Positions 52,160-62,119 of a stretch of 64,000 nucleotides of DNA are shown piece by piece. The notes beneath the pieces were generated by a model, which saw nothing but the letters and a program-made list of their open reading frames with translations, did not search any database and was not told the origin of the DNA. The position numbers were made by a program, and so were the translations under genes. Numbering within the stretch: the stretch's first letter is position 1; the number at the start of each line of letters is the position of its first letter. The stretch is taken from NCBI GenBank assembly GCA_030390025.1, contig JASTWF010000048.1, positions 1,426,001 through 1,490,000 on the forward strand. The letters run 5' to 3'. The stretch comes from Squalus acanthias (Eukaryota).

Positions 52160-53340
52160 CAACCACAACTTGTATTTATATAGCGCCTTTAACGTAGTAA
52201 AACGTCCAAGACGCTTCACAGGAGTATTGTCAGACAGAGGCGGAGAGGTTTAGGAGGGAATTGCAGAGCTTAGCACCGAGGCAACAGAAGGCACGACCAC
52301 CAATGGTGGAGCGATTATAATCAGGGATGCTCAAGAGGGCAAAATTAGAGGAGCGCAGATATCTTGGGGGGGGGCGGGTGGCTGGAGGAGAGTACAAATA
52401 TAGGGAGAGTGCGAGGCCATGGAGGGATTTGAAGAGAAGAATGAGAATTTTGAAATCGAGGCGTTACTCAACCGGGAGCCAATGTAGGTCAGCGAGCACA
52501 GCGGGTGATGGATGATCTCAAGTTTACGTGAAGGCCAGCCAGGAGTGCGTTTTATGTAATGATTGCATGACGACCTGCTAAACAGATGTGTTCTTTAGTT
52601 GCACAAGGGCTCCCTCTGCCGGCGATGGTTTCACACAGCTGAAATCCTGAACATTCAACTAAATCGGGCACAACGATCAATGAGTTGAATGGCCAGATCA
52701 TCAGTTTTTCAGTTGAGCAGTAATTATTATTGTCCATCTTTAGTTGCCCTGAGGGCATGCAAAGTTAACCTTGCAGTGGGGGAATGGTTTCATCCATGCT
52801 TTTGTTACCTCCAGACCCGACTACTTCAATGCTATTACTGCTCGATCTCCCAACTTGCAACCTCCCGAAACACGAGGTGCTACAAACTTCTGCTGGTCGT
52901 TTCCTGACTCGGTCCAGGTCCCGTTCACCCATTCACCCACTGTGCTCGCTGACCTACATTGGCTCCAGACCCGACAACGCCACGACTCAAAGATTCTCAT
53001 CCTCGCATTCAAATCCCTTCAAGGCCTCGACCCCATCCTATCTCGGTAACCTCCTCCAGTTCTACATCCGTCCGAGATCACTGGGCTCATCCAATTCGGG
53101 CCTTGTTCGCATCACCGATTTTAATCGTTCCACCATTGGCGGCCGTGCCTTCAGCTGCCGAGGCCCTGAGCTCTAAAATTCCCTCCCTAAATATGTAATC
53201 CCCTCCAACTGCTCTCCTCTACTTTGACGCTCCTTAAAACCTCACTATGTCACTGTGCTTTTGGTCACCTGTCCTAATAAGCGCCTTGTGAAGTTTTACT
53301 ACGTTAAAGGCATGACATAAAAATAAATACGTAGTTTCTT
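52160..53340. mobile_element. L2-like LINE 3' fragments
   Basis: FIHAFVTSRPDYFNA…PTVLADLHWL…KILILAFKSL and GGRAFS motifs. Confidence 0.7.
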
Positions 53341-53459
53341 GTTGCTTTTGTTGTTTGACGATGCAGGTTTATTTCCCTGAAAGACAGTAGTGAACATGTG
53401 AAATAGGTAACCTACAATCCGGGTTCTAGCACTAAAGTTACCTTAAGTTTTTCGCATTC

Positions 53460-54375
53460 ACATCAGGCGCAGTGGATAGCATGCTCGCCTCTGAGACAGA
53501 AGATTGTGGGATCGAGGCCTACTCCAGAGACTTGAATGAATAGCTTCGGCTGACAGTTTTGCGGTGTCGGAGAGGTAGTACTGAGGGAGCGCTGTACTGT
53601 CAGAGGGGTAGTATTGAGGGATCGCCGCACTGTCGGAGATGTAGTACTGAGGCAGCGCCGCCCTGTCAGAGGGGCAGTACTGAGGGAGCGCTGCATATTA
53701 GCGAGGTATTACTGAGGGAGTGCTGCACTGTACGGAGATGTAGTACTGAGGGAGTGCTGCACTTCAGAGAGGTGTTACTAAGGGAGTGCTGCACTATCGC
53801 AGGGGGAATACTGAGGGAGGGATGCACTGTCGGACAGGCAGTACTGAGGGAGCGCTGCACTGTCGGAGGGATAGTAATGAGGGAGCGTGCACAGTCGGAG
53901 AGCCAGTACTGAGGGACCGCTGCACTGTCGGAGGGGCAGTACTGAGGGAGCGTGCACTGTCGGAGAGGCAGTACTGAGGGACCGCTGCACTGTTGGAGAG
54001 TCAGTACTGAGGGAGTGCTGCACTGTCGGAGAGGCAGTACTGAGGGAGGGCTGCACTGTTAAATGTGTATCTTTGGCATGTGAATTTAAACCGAGGACCC
54101 GTCTTCTCTCACAGGTGGATGTGAAAGATCCAACGGACAATATTGGAAGAAGAGCAGAGTTTTCGTTCCCAGTGACATCTCAAAATCAATAAAACAACAA
54201 AATACTTAGTCATGACCTCATTGCAGTTTTTGGGGATCTTCCTCTGGGAAAATTGGCGGCCCCATTTTCTTACATTACAACAGTGACCACATGTTATAAA
54301 ATGTGCTTCATTGGCTGGAAAGCGCTTCGGAACGTCCTGGGGTCGTAAAAGGCGCTATAAAAATGCAAGTTCTTC
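53460..54375 (+). mobile_element. Deu-domain tRNA-SINE with a 33-bp array (about 53565-54060)
   Basis: tRNA-like head, array, core (AAACCGAGG…CAGGTGGATGT), and 3' end GGCGCTATA…AAATGCAAGTTC. Ends about 30 bp from the V12 RSS. Confidence 0.8.
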
Positions 54376-54404
54376 CTTTCCTTCTTCACGCTTTGAGCCG
54401 GCTG

Positions 54405-54443
54405 GGTTTTTGACAGGGCGCTCAATCAGTCTGCAACGCTGTG
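54405..54443 (-). other. 23-RSS of V12 (CACAGCG-23-TCAAAAACC)
   Basis: ggtttttga at 54405-54413 and cgctgtg at 54437-54443. Confidence 0.94.
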
Positions 54444-56019
54444 CGTCACTCGTCGCACAGTAATAGACCGCCGTGTCTGCAGGTGCAGCCCTGGGGAGCT
54501 TCAGATTAGAGTTTCTATCGCCGTTTCCTGAAATTTCAAAACTGGTTTGATCCTTCTCTTCGTAATGAACCGTTCCACCGACTTGAATGTATCCGATCAA
54601 CGTGAGACCCTGGCCAGCCGATTGGCGGTACCAGAGCATGGATTGAGGTGTCGAATCCTGTTCATCGCATCTTATTGTTGCAAGTTTGTTTTCTGCAATC
54701 ACCAGCGTGAGTGGACTTTGAAGAGGCCTCATTCCGTGTGTTAAATCTAAAAAGAAAAACGAATTAAGAGAATTAATTAAATCGGACAGCACAGAATGAG
54801 GCCATTCGGCCTTTATTGCCTGTGGCGGATCATTTGGTAAATCTATCCAATTAATCCCACTCACCTGCTCTTTCCCCATAGCCCTGCAATGTTCTCCCTT
54901 TCAAGTCTTTAACAAATTCCCTTTCGAAAGTTACTGTTCAAACTGCTTCCATCGCCCTTTCAGGCAGTGGATTCCAGGTCATCATAACTCACTGAGATGA
55001 AAAAAAGCAATTTCTCCTCATCTCCCCTCTGGTTCTTTTGTCAACTGTCTTCAATCGATGCCCGAATTTGGTTGTAAACTGGACTGGGTCCGCGACTAGA
55101 CCAAGTCAGTTGCATGTGTTGTATTTCCCAACAACATCATATGTCATTATTATCCTATTTCATAATAAGTCCCGCTCACCTATCACCACTGCAGCACAGA
55201 CTCGCTGACCTACTTTGGTTCCTGGTACGGCAGTGCCTCGATTATAAAATTCTCATCCCTGTGTTCAAATCCCGCCGTGGCCTCTCGCCCCTTCCCTATC
55301 GTTGTAGCCTCCTCCAGCCCTAGAAGTCCCGAGAGCACTGCACTTCTCCAATTTTGGCCTCTCGTGCATCCCCTACTCCCTTTATCCAACCATTGGCCGC
55401 CGTGCCTCCAGCGGCCGAGACCCCCAGCTTTGGAATTCCCTCCCTCAACATCTCCAAAGCTGTCCCGCTCTCTCCTCCTTTCAGTGCCTATTTAAAACGT
55501 ACATTTTTAATCTGTCATAATAGCTCCTTATGTGGCTTGGATCAAATCTTGCCTGATTTACTCTCGTGCGAAGCACCATAGGACATTTTACGAGATAAAG
55601 ACTCTGTATAACTGAAACCTGTTGTTATTATTCAAATGTCCGTAGCAAAACGACACTTGCAGATGAGTTCTCGTGAACCTGTTTCTATATTGTTCTTAAA
55701 TAAACCATTGATCCCCAATTCATGATTGAACCAAGTAAATATTAAACAGTGGGTTAGAAATTCGACTTGGGCGATAGCGCAAAACGCGCGCAAATGTATG
55801 GGCCGCCCATTATTCGCTTTGCGCCTGATATTCAACTCCGTTAATGCGGTATAGCCCAAGACGAGTTTGTACCAACTCTGCCGCATATCTAACGCTGCTA
55901 GTTTAGAGAAATCTACTGTCTAATGGAACACATCGCTCTAAAAATAAGTCGTATTTGAACGCAGGATACTTACCCGGCAAGAAAAGAGGCAAAGTAAATA
56001 AAATTAAATCTATTTGCAT
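54444..56019 (-). CDS. TRBV: TCR beta V segment V12, apparently functional
   Basis: Leader 55974-56019 (MQIDLILFTLPLFLP, GTAAGT donor). V exon 54444-54746: RPLQSP...IRCDEQD...WYRQSAGQGL...DTAVYYCATSDA. Confidence 0.9.
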
Positions 56020-56129
56020 AATTGGATCGAAATGGCCGGATTGATTGCTGCAATGATCGTGTTATCACAACAAGTGCCTCCGATTCTGACTAACCGGCCA
56101 TCCAGGTGCGCTCCCGAAACCGAGCCCCC

Positions 56130-56142
56130 GGAAGTGACATCA
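56130..56142 (+). promoter_or_regulatory. ETS-CRE / V-beta decamer promoter element of V12
   Basis: GGAAGTGACATCA, containing AGTGACATCA, about 110 bp upstream of the ATG. Confidence 0.75.
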
Positions 56143-56394
56143 TTTCCCAGACGAGGCAGCCACGTTCATGTTATATCTGCGTGACAGAATGTGAGTTAGT
56201 GCATGCGTGTTCTCCTGCTGTGTTGAAACATACCGAAATTCTTGGGCCGAGACCCAAAATAGTCAGTAGCTAAGAATTAGTCTATAACAACAACAACAAC
56301 AACAACATCGATCTATATAGCGCCGTTGACGTAGTAAAACGTCCCAATGCGCTTCACAGGAGCTTTATCAAACTCCATTCGCAATGCCGTGAAG

Positions 56395-57170
56395 CGATCG
56401 GTCGAGCAAATATACTGTTGGGCTGTATCCATAGCGCAAGCGATTATGAGACGAGCCATATTCATCCATTAGTCAGGACTTACTAGGAATACTGTGTCCA
56501 GTTTGCGTCTCCTCACATGGTAGGTGATATTGAGGCTTTGGAATAGATGCAGAGGAGGGCCTCTCGACTAATTCCCAGTTTAAAGCATCTTAGTTCAAAA
56601 GATAGGCTATAAGGGTTGGGCCTCTATACTTTAGAGATGCGTAGACTTACAGGAGATCTGATTGAGGTGTATAAGATAATGAAGGGAATATATTGTTTTC
56701 CAGTTGAGAGTTTGTTTCAATTAATAGGTTAGGGAGGACCAGCAGTCATAATTATAAGTTGTATCAGGGTTTATCTAGGACAGATGTCAGTAGCTGGTTC
56801 TTTCCCTGAAGAATAGTGGACTTCAGGAGCATCTGATATCTCGTGTGGTGTCGCTGAATTCGTCAAGCTGGACCTGTTTCTCGCTTGGGCAGAGATCAGC
56901 TCTTACAGAAGGTAGTTACTGAAGGGAATTCAGGGCCAGAGTGAGCTCCTGGACTAGCTGGGTCGGAGAGAAATTTCCCAGATTTTATTCCCCAAATTGC
57001 CGTGAGTTTTTAAATCTGCTTTTCTTTTGCCTCTTCCCGGGGATCACATGATTTCGGGTGGGGTGGAGTATACATATTCTGATACGCAAGGTACCGCATT
57101 TGTGTGGGACAGGCTCGATGAACCAGAGGGTCTTTATCCGGCCGTCATTGTTCGTAAGTTCGTAATTTGA
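56395..57170 (+). mobile_element. Decayed CR1-type LINE 3' fragment
   Basis: LVR..EYCVQF..PH and RRLTGDLIEVYKIMKG-like reading. Confidence 0.65.
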
Positions 57171-57349
57171 CACCGAGCCCAATATTAGGACAGGGGGCTA
57201 AAAGCTTGATCAAAGAGGTAGGTTAAAAGGAGGAGAGATTGCGGGAGACGTTGAAAGAGGGAATTCCAGAGCTCAGTTCAAAGCCAGCTGAAAGCACAGC
57301 CGCCACTGGTACTGAACATCTCCATCCCAAAATGTAAGTTGGCCTGGTG

Positions 57350-57985
57350 CAAGTTGTGTGACGAATGGCTCATTTGGTAGCTCTCTCGATTCTGAGTCAG
57401 AGGTTCCTGGGTTCGAGGCCCACTCCGGAAACTTCAGAAAAAATATCTAGGCTGACACTCCCAGTGCAGTACTGAGGTAGCGCTGCATTGTCGGAGGGCA
57501 GTACTGAGGGAGTGCTGCGCTGTCGGAGGGACTGTACAGACGGGGCGCTGCACTGTCGAAGGTGCAGTACTGAGGGAGCGCTGCATTGTCGGAGGAGCAG
57601 TATTGAGGGAGTGCTGGACTGTCAGAGGGTCAGTCCTGCGGAAGTGCTACACTGTCAATGGGCGGTACTTAGGGAGCGCTGCACTGTGGGAGGTGCAGTA
57701 CTGCGGGAGCGCTGCACTGTCGGAGGGGCATTTCTGAGGGAGCGCTACACTGTCGGAGGGGTAGTACTGAGGGTGTGCTGCACTGTCGGAGGGGCAGTAC
57801 AGGCTAATATTTATCGCTCAACCGATATCACTAAATTGATATCTGGTCTTAATCACATTGCTGTTTGTGTCAGCTTGCTGTGCAAAAATTGGCTGCCGTG
57901 TTTCCTAAATTACAACGGCGAGCACACATCAAAGAACGTACTTCGAGGTCGTGAAAGGCGCCGTAGATATGCAAATGAGTTCGCT
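57350..57985 (+). mobile_element. Deu-domain tRNA-SINE with a 33-bp array (about 57465-57800)
   Basis: A box TGGCTCATTTGG and B box GGTTCGAGGCC, then the array and the 3' tail. Confidence 0.8.
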
Positions 57986-58053
57986 CCTTTAGTGAACTGC
58001 CCAGAGAGTGCTCGATCTCAGATGGCGATGAGCGCACGGTGGGTGGGTGAGAA

Positions 58054-58092
58054 GGTTTTTGTATCAGTCTGCGGCAGTTTTGTGTCGCTGTG
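58054..58092 (-). other. 23-RSS of V13 (CACAGCG-23-ACAAAAACC)
   Basis: ggtttttgt at 58054-58062 and cgctgtg at 58086-58092. Confidence 0.96.
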
Positions 58093-58722
58093 CGATACTC
58101 GCCGCACAGTAATAGGTCGCAGAGTCTGTCAGCTCGGAGCCTTCCAGGTGCAGAGTGAGCTGGTTGTTTGCTGCGTCGAGGTGCACTTTGAATCGATTCT
58201 CGAAACTGGGCCCACACCTGCTGTTCTCATTGCAAATCCACTGTATTGTCTCTCCCTGTTGCCTGTACCAGTGCATGGTGTAGCTGCTCATGCTCGCTCC
58301 CTCCAAACTGCACATGAAAGTGAGCGGCTTTCCCGGTAGAATAGCGGCCGCGGCTGGAGACTGGACCACAGTGGGTGCAGCCCGAACCCCTGGATTAGGT
58401 TTAAACAAAGACAATATGTTAGAATCATAGAAGGAAGATTGTAGCATAAAATCGTCGAATCTTACTGCACAGAAGCAGACCATTCCGCCTCTTTGAAAGA
58501 GCTCTCCAGTTATTCCCACTTCCCTACAGCCCTGCAAATACCCCTACCCACCCCAACACTCAAGCATTGATCCAATTCCATTTTGGAAGTTATTCTTGAA
58601 TCTACTTCCACTTGCATATCATCGCAATTTCATTCTTTTACTATTGCCAATTGATATGGCAATACATAGTACTTACAACAGATCAAATGTCCGAGTGATA
58701 AGGTGACCAAGATTAAAAGCAT
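58093..58722 (-). CDS. TRBV: TCR beta V segment V13 (divergent 'SMSSYTM' family), apparently functional
   Basis: Leader 58677-58722 (MLLILVTLSLGHLIC, GTAAGT donor). V exon 58093-58389: APTVVQSP...FMCSLEGASMSSYTMHWYRQ...DSATYYCAASI. Confidence 0.87.
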
Positions 58723-59374
58723 TCTAGCTGAGAAACACATCGCTCTTCCAAAGGGATGACAGGCAGCGTTACTTAGCGACAACGTGTCACCTGTAAAATT
58801 GCGCTCCTCAACGGTGATGCAACCGTTGTGATGAATTACGCGGTAAGACTGGCCAGCCAATGGTGTGGTTGGAGCACACACGTCAACGGTATGAACAAAT
58901 GAGAAGCATTTCCTTTGATAGCATGTTTCTGACAAATTATGTACATAGGAGGAAGTTCGTAGCGTCAAATCGTAGCATCTCACAGCGCAGAAGGCGACCA
59001 TTCGGCCCATCGTGCCTGTGCAGGATCTTTGAAAGAGCTGTCCAATTAAACCCACTCCCCTGCTCTTTCCCCATAGACCTGAAACATTTATGTTTGGTAA
59101 TACTAGGGAAATGGGCTGGGTTATGAAATCTCTCTTTCTTACTTACTTGTCTTGCCTTCTTACTTTCACACTTTGCTTTCCTTCTTTCTTTTCATCGTTT
59201 CTGCCTTTCTCACTTCTTTTCATCGGTCTTTCCATCATTCTGTCCATTCCTTTCTTACTGTTGCATTTAATCAGCTCTGATTTCATACTATGTTGGCCTT
59301 GAAGTTACACCACCCTTTCCTACCTTAACTTGAACGCGAGAGGGACGTACAGGAGAGTGTATAACATCACAGAG

Positions 59375-60086
59375 TGTTAGAATAGTACAGTAGAGGAGTA
59401 CGCCGTTCGGAATATTGAGTATGCGCCGGCTCATACGAAGGGCACTCCCCCGCTCTTTCCGCGTAACCCGGCAATTTTTTCTCCTACAAGGATTTATCCT
59501 AATCCCTTTTAAAGGCTACTATTGAATCCGTATCCACCACCCTATCAGGTTGGGCATTCTAAATACTAAAAGATCGTTGCATAAAAAAGATTTTCCTCAT
59601 GTCGCCTCTGGTTGTTTTCCCAATCACCTTAAATCTGTGCCCTCTGGTTATCTGCCCTTCAGCCATTGGTAACAAGTTCTCCTTATTTACTCTTCCAAAT
59701 TCCTCCGCATATTAAACACCTCCGTCAAATCTCCTCTCAGCCTTCTCTGCTCTAAGGAGAACAACCCCAGCTTCTCCAGTCTATCCACGTAACCGAATCC
59801 CTCGAACCTTTCTTGACAATCTATTCTGCACCCTCTCCAAGGCACTCTCGTCCTTTCTGAAGTGTGCTGCCCAGAATTAGAAACAATAATCCAGATTATT
59901 AAAGGTTTAGCATAACTTGATGGCTTTTGTACTGTATGACTCTATTTATAAAGCCCAGGATACCATATGCTTTATTAACTGCTTTGTTAACTGTCATGTT
60001 CTGTCCTGTCTCCTTCACAGATGTGTGCACATACACCCCCAGGTCTCACTCTTCTTGCACTCCCTTTAAATTTATATAATTTAGCA
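59375..60086 (-). mobile_element. Decayed CR1 3' fragment
   Basis: Matches the other CR1 3' ends in the window (CTCTAAGGAGAACAACCCCAG etc.). Confidence 0.7.
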
Positions 60087-60754
60087 TGTAACATAACGGT
60101 GAAAAAAATGCTTCACAATATTGATGTCAGTATTAATATCTTTGTATTACGTGAATGTATCCTGTGTGATGGAGGCTAACAGATGGATTAGATTAGGACT
60201 GTAGGATTCCAGAGTCCGAAGCTAAGCAAGCAGGAGGCAGCCGTTTATGACATTAAAAAATAATCAATGGGTTTGTGTAAAGAATTATAGCTTAGTTTGG
60301 AGAGAGCATGTTTATATTTCAACTGTTAGTTATCTGGTCAAATTTGATATTTATAACTTTGCTAAATTATCTAATCTTCTATTGAATATCCAGTGAGACT
60401 GGAATAGATGTGGTGCAACCGTGCCATCTACTGGCGTGATAGCATATGAAACTTAAGGATCACATGACAGTAATCTCGAAATTGATAGGTTCAGCGAAAG
60501 TAATCTGACTGCTTCGCATCTGTCTTTAAGGTGTATAAATCTGTGTTGTTTTCATCAATACTTTGGTAATCTGTGCTGAGAACTCCCCTGGATTGGTTAG
60601 GGGTTCGTAGTCCACGATGGATAGCCTACTTGCAAGCGTATAGACGTCTAGAGTTGCTTCTACTTTCTGTCGCTATTAATAAAATCAACGAGTTCTTTTA
60701 TTACTGGCATGGGAACCGAATTAATTAGGATTAATCTGATTTTTTGATTTAACA
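60087..60754 (+). mobile_element. Putative solo LTR-like element
   Basis: TGTAA…TTAACA termini, TATAAA (about 60534) and AATAAA (about 60678); similar to about 18570-19100. Confidence 0.45.
60420..60436 (-). promoter_or_regulatory. Candidate CTCF-binding element inside an LTR-like element
   Basis: Minus strand CGCCAGTAGATGGCACG. Confidence 0.6.
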
Positions 60755-60914
60755 GCGAAGGCCCTTTCCTCGAGGAAGGATGGATGATCGGGAGAAGCAC
60801 TGCTGAATTTCCAGTATATACGCCCTCACTTTTCTGCAGTGGTGATACTTATGTCTAATATATCAGTTTGCTATGACCTGGTAGACAGAATATTTGCACT
60901 GAACTTTCATCTGG

Positions 60915-60932
60915 TGCTGCCATCTGGTGGCG
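60915..60932 (-). promoter_or_regulatory. Candidate CTCF-binding element 35 bp beyond the V14 RSS
   Basis: Minus strand CGCCACCAGATGGCAGCA matches the CTCF core CCASYAGRKGGCRS. Confidence 0.7.
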
Positions 60933-60967
60933 GAAAATGAGCACTGAACTCCCAGTCATCCGCTGCA

Positions 60968-61006
60968 GGTTTTTGTAGCTGGGGAGGCGCTTTCTCAAAT
61001 GCTGTG
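60968..61006 (-). other. 23-RSS of V14 (CACAGCA-23-ACAAAAACC)
   Basis: ggtttttgt at 60968-60976 and tgctgtg at 61000-61006. Confidence 0.95.
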
Positions 61007-61987
61007 CGGTACTGCAAGCACAGTAATAGACAGCGGTGTGAGACGGAGAGGCATCGCTCAGTTCCAAAGTAAACCGCGTATTGCTGCTTCTTTCGGCCTT
61101 AAAAGACTCAGATGTGTATTTCGTAACATCACCTTCGCCAGCAGAAAAGAAAAGAGCTCCTAATGCCCGGTCGGCTTGTTGTCTGTACCAGTACATGTTG
61201 GGATAGCCAGTATTCGTCAGCGTGCATCTGAGCGTGGTCGACTCTCCTGCTCCAATTGGTAGGATAAAAGGCGACTGGTCCACGTACGAGGCGAGTATTC
61301 CTGTTGAAAGGAACATCGATTAGAGACTGACTTCCATCAATAATTGAATAGGGTAGGGATTACATATAAAGAAATAACTTGCATTTCTACATTACGTTTC
61401 GTGACCTCAGGACGTCCCAAAGCGCTTTACAACATAGGAAGAACTTTTTGAAGTGTGGACACTGTTGTAATGTAATAATCGCTGTAGCCAATTTTCGCAC
61501 AGCAAGTTCCCACAAAGAGCAATATGAAAACTTGGTGTTTATAGGTGCTCGATGCGGGATAAATATTGGATAATCTACGTCCACCTGAGAGGGCAGCTTT
61601 AATTAACTTCCGAAAGAAGCCGCCTCCGACGGTGTAGCACACCGTCAGTGTTGTTGCTCCGATTGTGCATCGCTCCCTCAGTACTTCCCCTCCGACATTG
61701 CAGCGTTCCCTCAGTACTGCGCCCTCCGACATTGCAGCGCTCCCTCAGTACTGTCCAGTCCGACAGTGCAGCACTCCCTTATTACTGGCACTTGGAGCGT
61801 CAGGCTTGATTTTGTGCTCAAGTTTCTGTAATGAGAGGCGACCCCGCGACCTTCTGACTCGGTAACAAGAAGGCAATCATCTGAACTACAGCAGACATTA
61901 TAGTACATTATTCGATAAAGTTTGTTACTTTGACTTACGTGGGATCAATGCAGCCAACAAGATTAGATAATGAGTTTCAAGAAACAT
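61007..61987 (-). CDS. TRBV: TCR beta V segment V14 (TRBV30-like), apparently functional
   Basis: Leader 61939-61987 (MFLETHYLILLAALIP, GTAAGT donor). V exon 61007-61300: YVDQSP...LRCTLTNTGYPNMYWYRQQADRALGALFFSAGEG...HTAVYYCACST. Confidence 0.9.
61375..61890 (-). mobile_element. Deu-domain SINE in the V14 intron
   Basis: SINE tail, core and a short 33-bp array. Confidence 0.75.
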
Positions 61988-62107
61988 GATTTATTCATTC
62001 GACGCTGTCTCGCTGTGTGAACGCGTGCAGCTCTATACCACGTCTAAAGGCCCGTTTCTCTGTTGTATCTGTTTAAGTAAGGAGCATCCGGTTATTATTG
62101 TTATATC

Positions 62108-62119
62108 GACGTCACTTCC
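62108..62119 (-). promoter_or_regulatory. ETS-CRE promoter element of V14 (inverted relative to V5/V12)
   Basis: Plus strand GACGTCACTTCC about 120 bp upstream of the ATG. Confidence 0.7.

Noticed and set aside
6028-56019. Octamer ATTTGCAT/ATGCAAAT hits (about 6028, 7395, 38857, 56012) as Ig-type promoters
   Set aside because: Positions are inconsistent; they fall inside SINEs, flanks or leader coding sequence.
57366-57430. tRNA-like A/B boxes (also about 53465)
   Set aside because: These are SINE heads that continue into SINE body, not tRNA genes.
58093-58389. V13 as an IgH-like V (TAILV or NAR-TCR type), implying a TCR-delta locus
   Set aside because: It has WYRQ and CAAS, no octamer promoter and no adjacent D-J, and it sits among V-beta-like genes. 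Not fully excluded without phylogeny.
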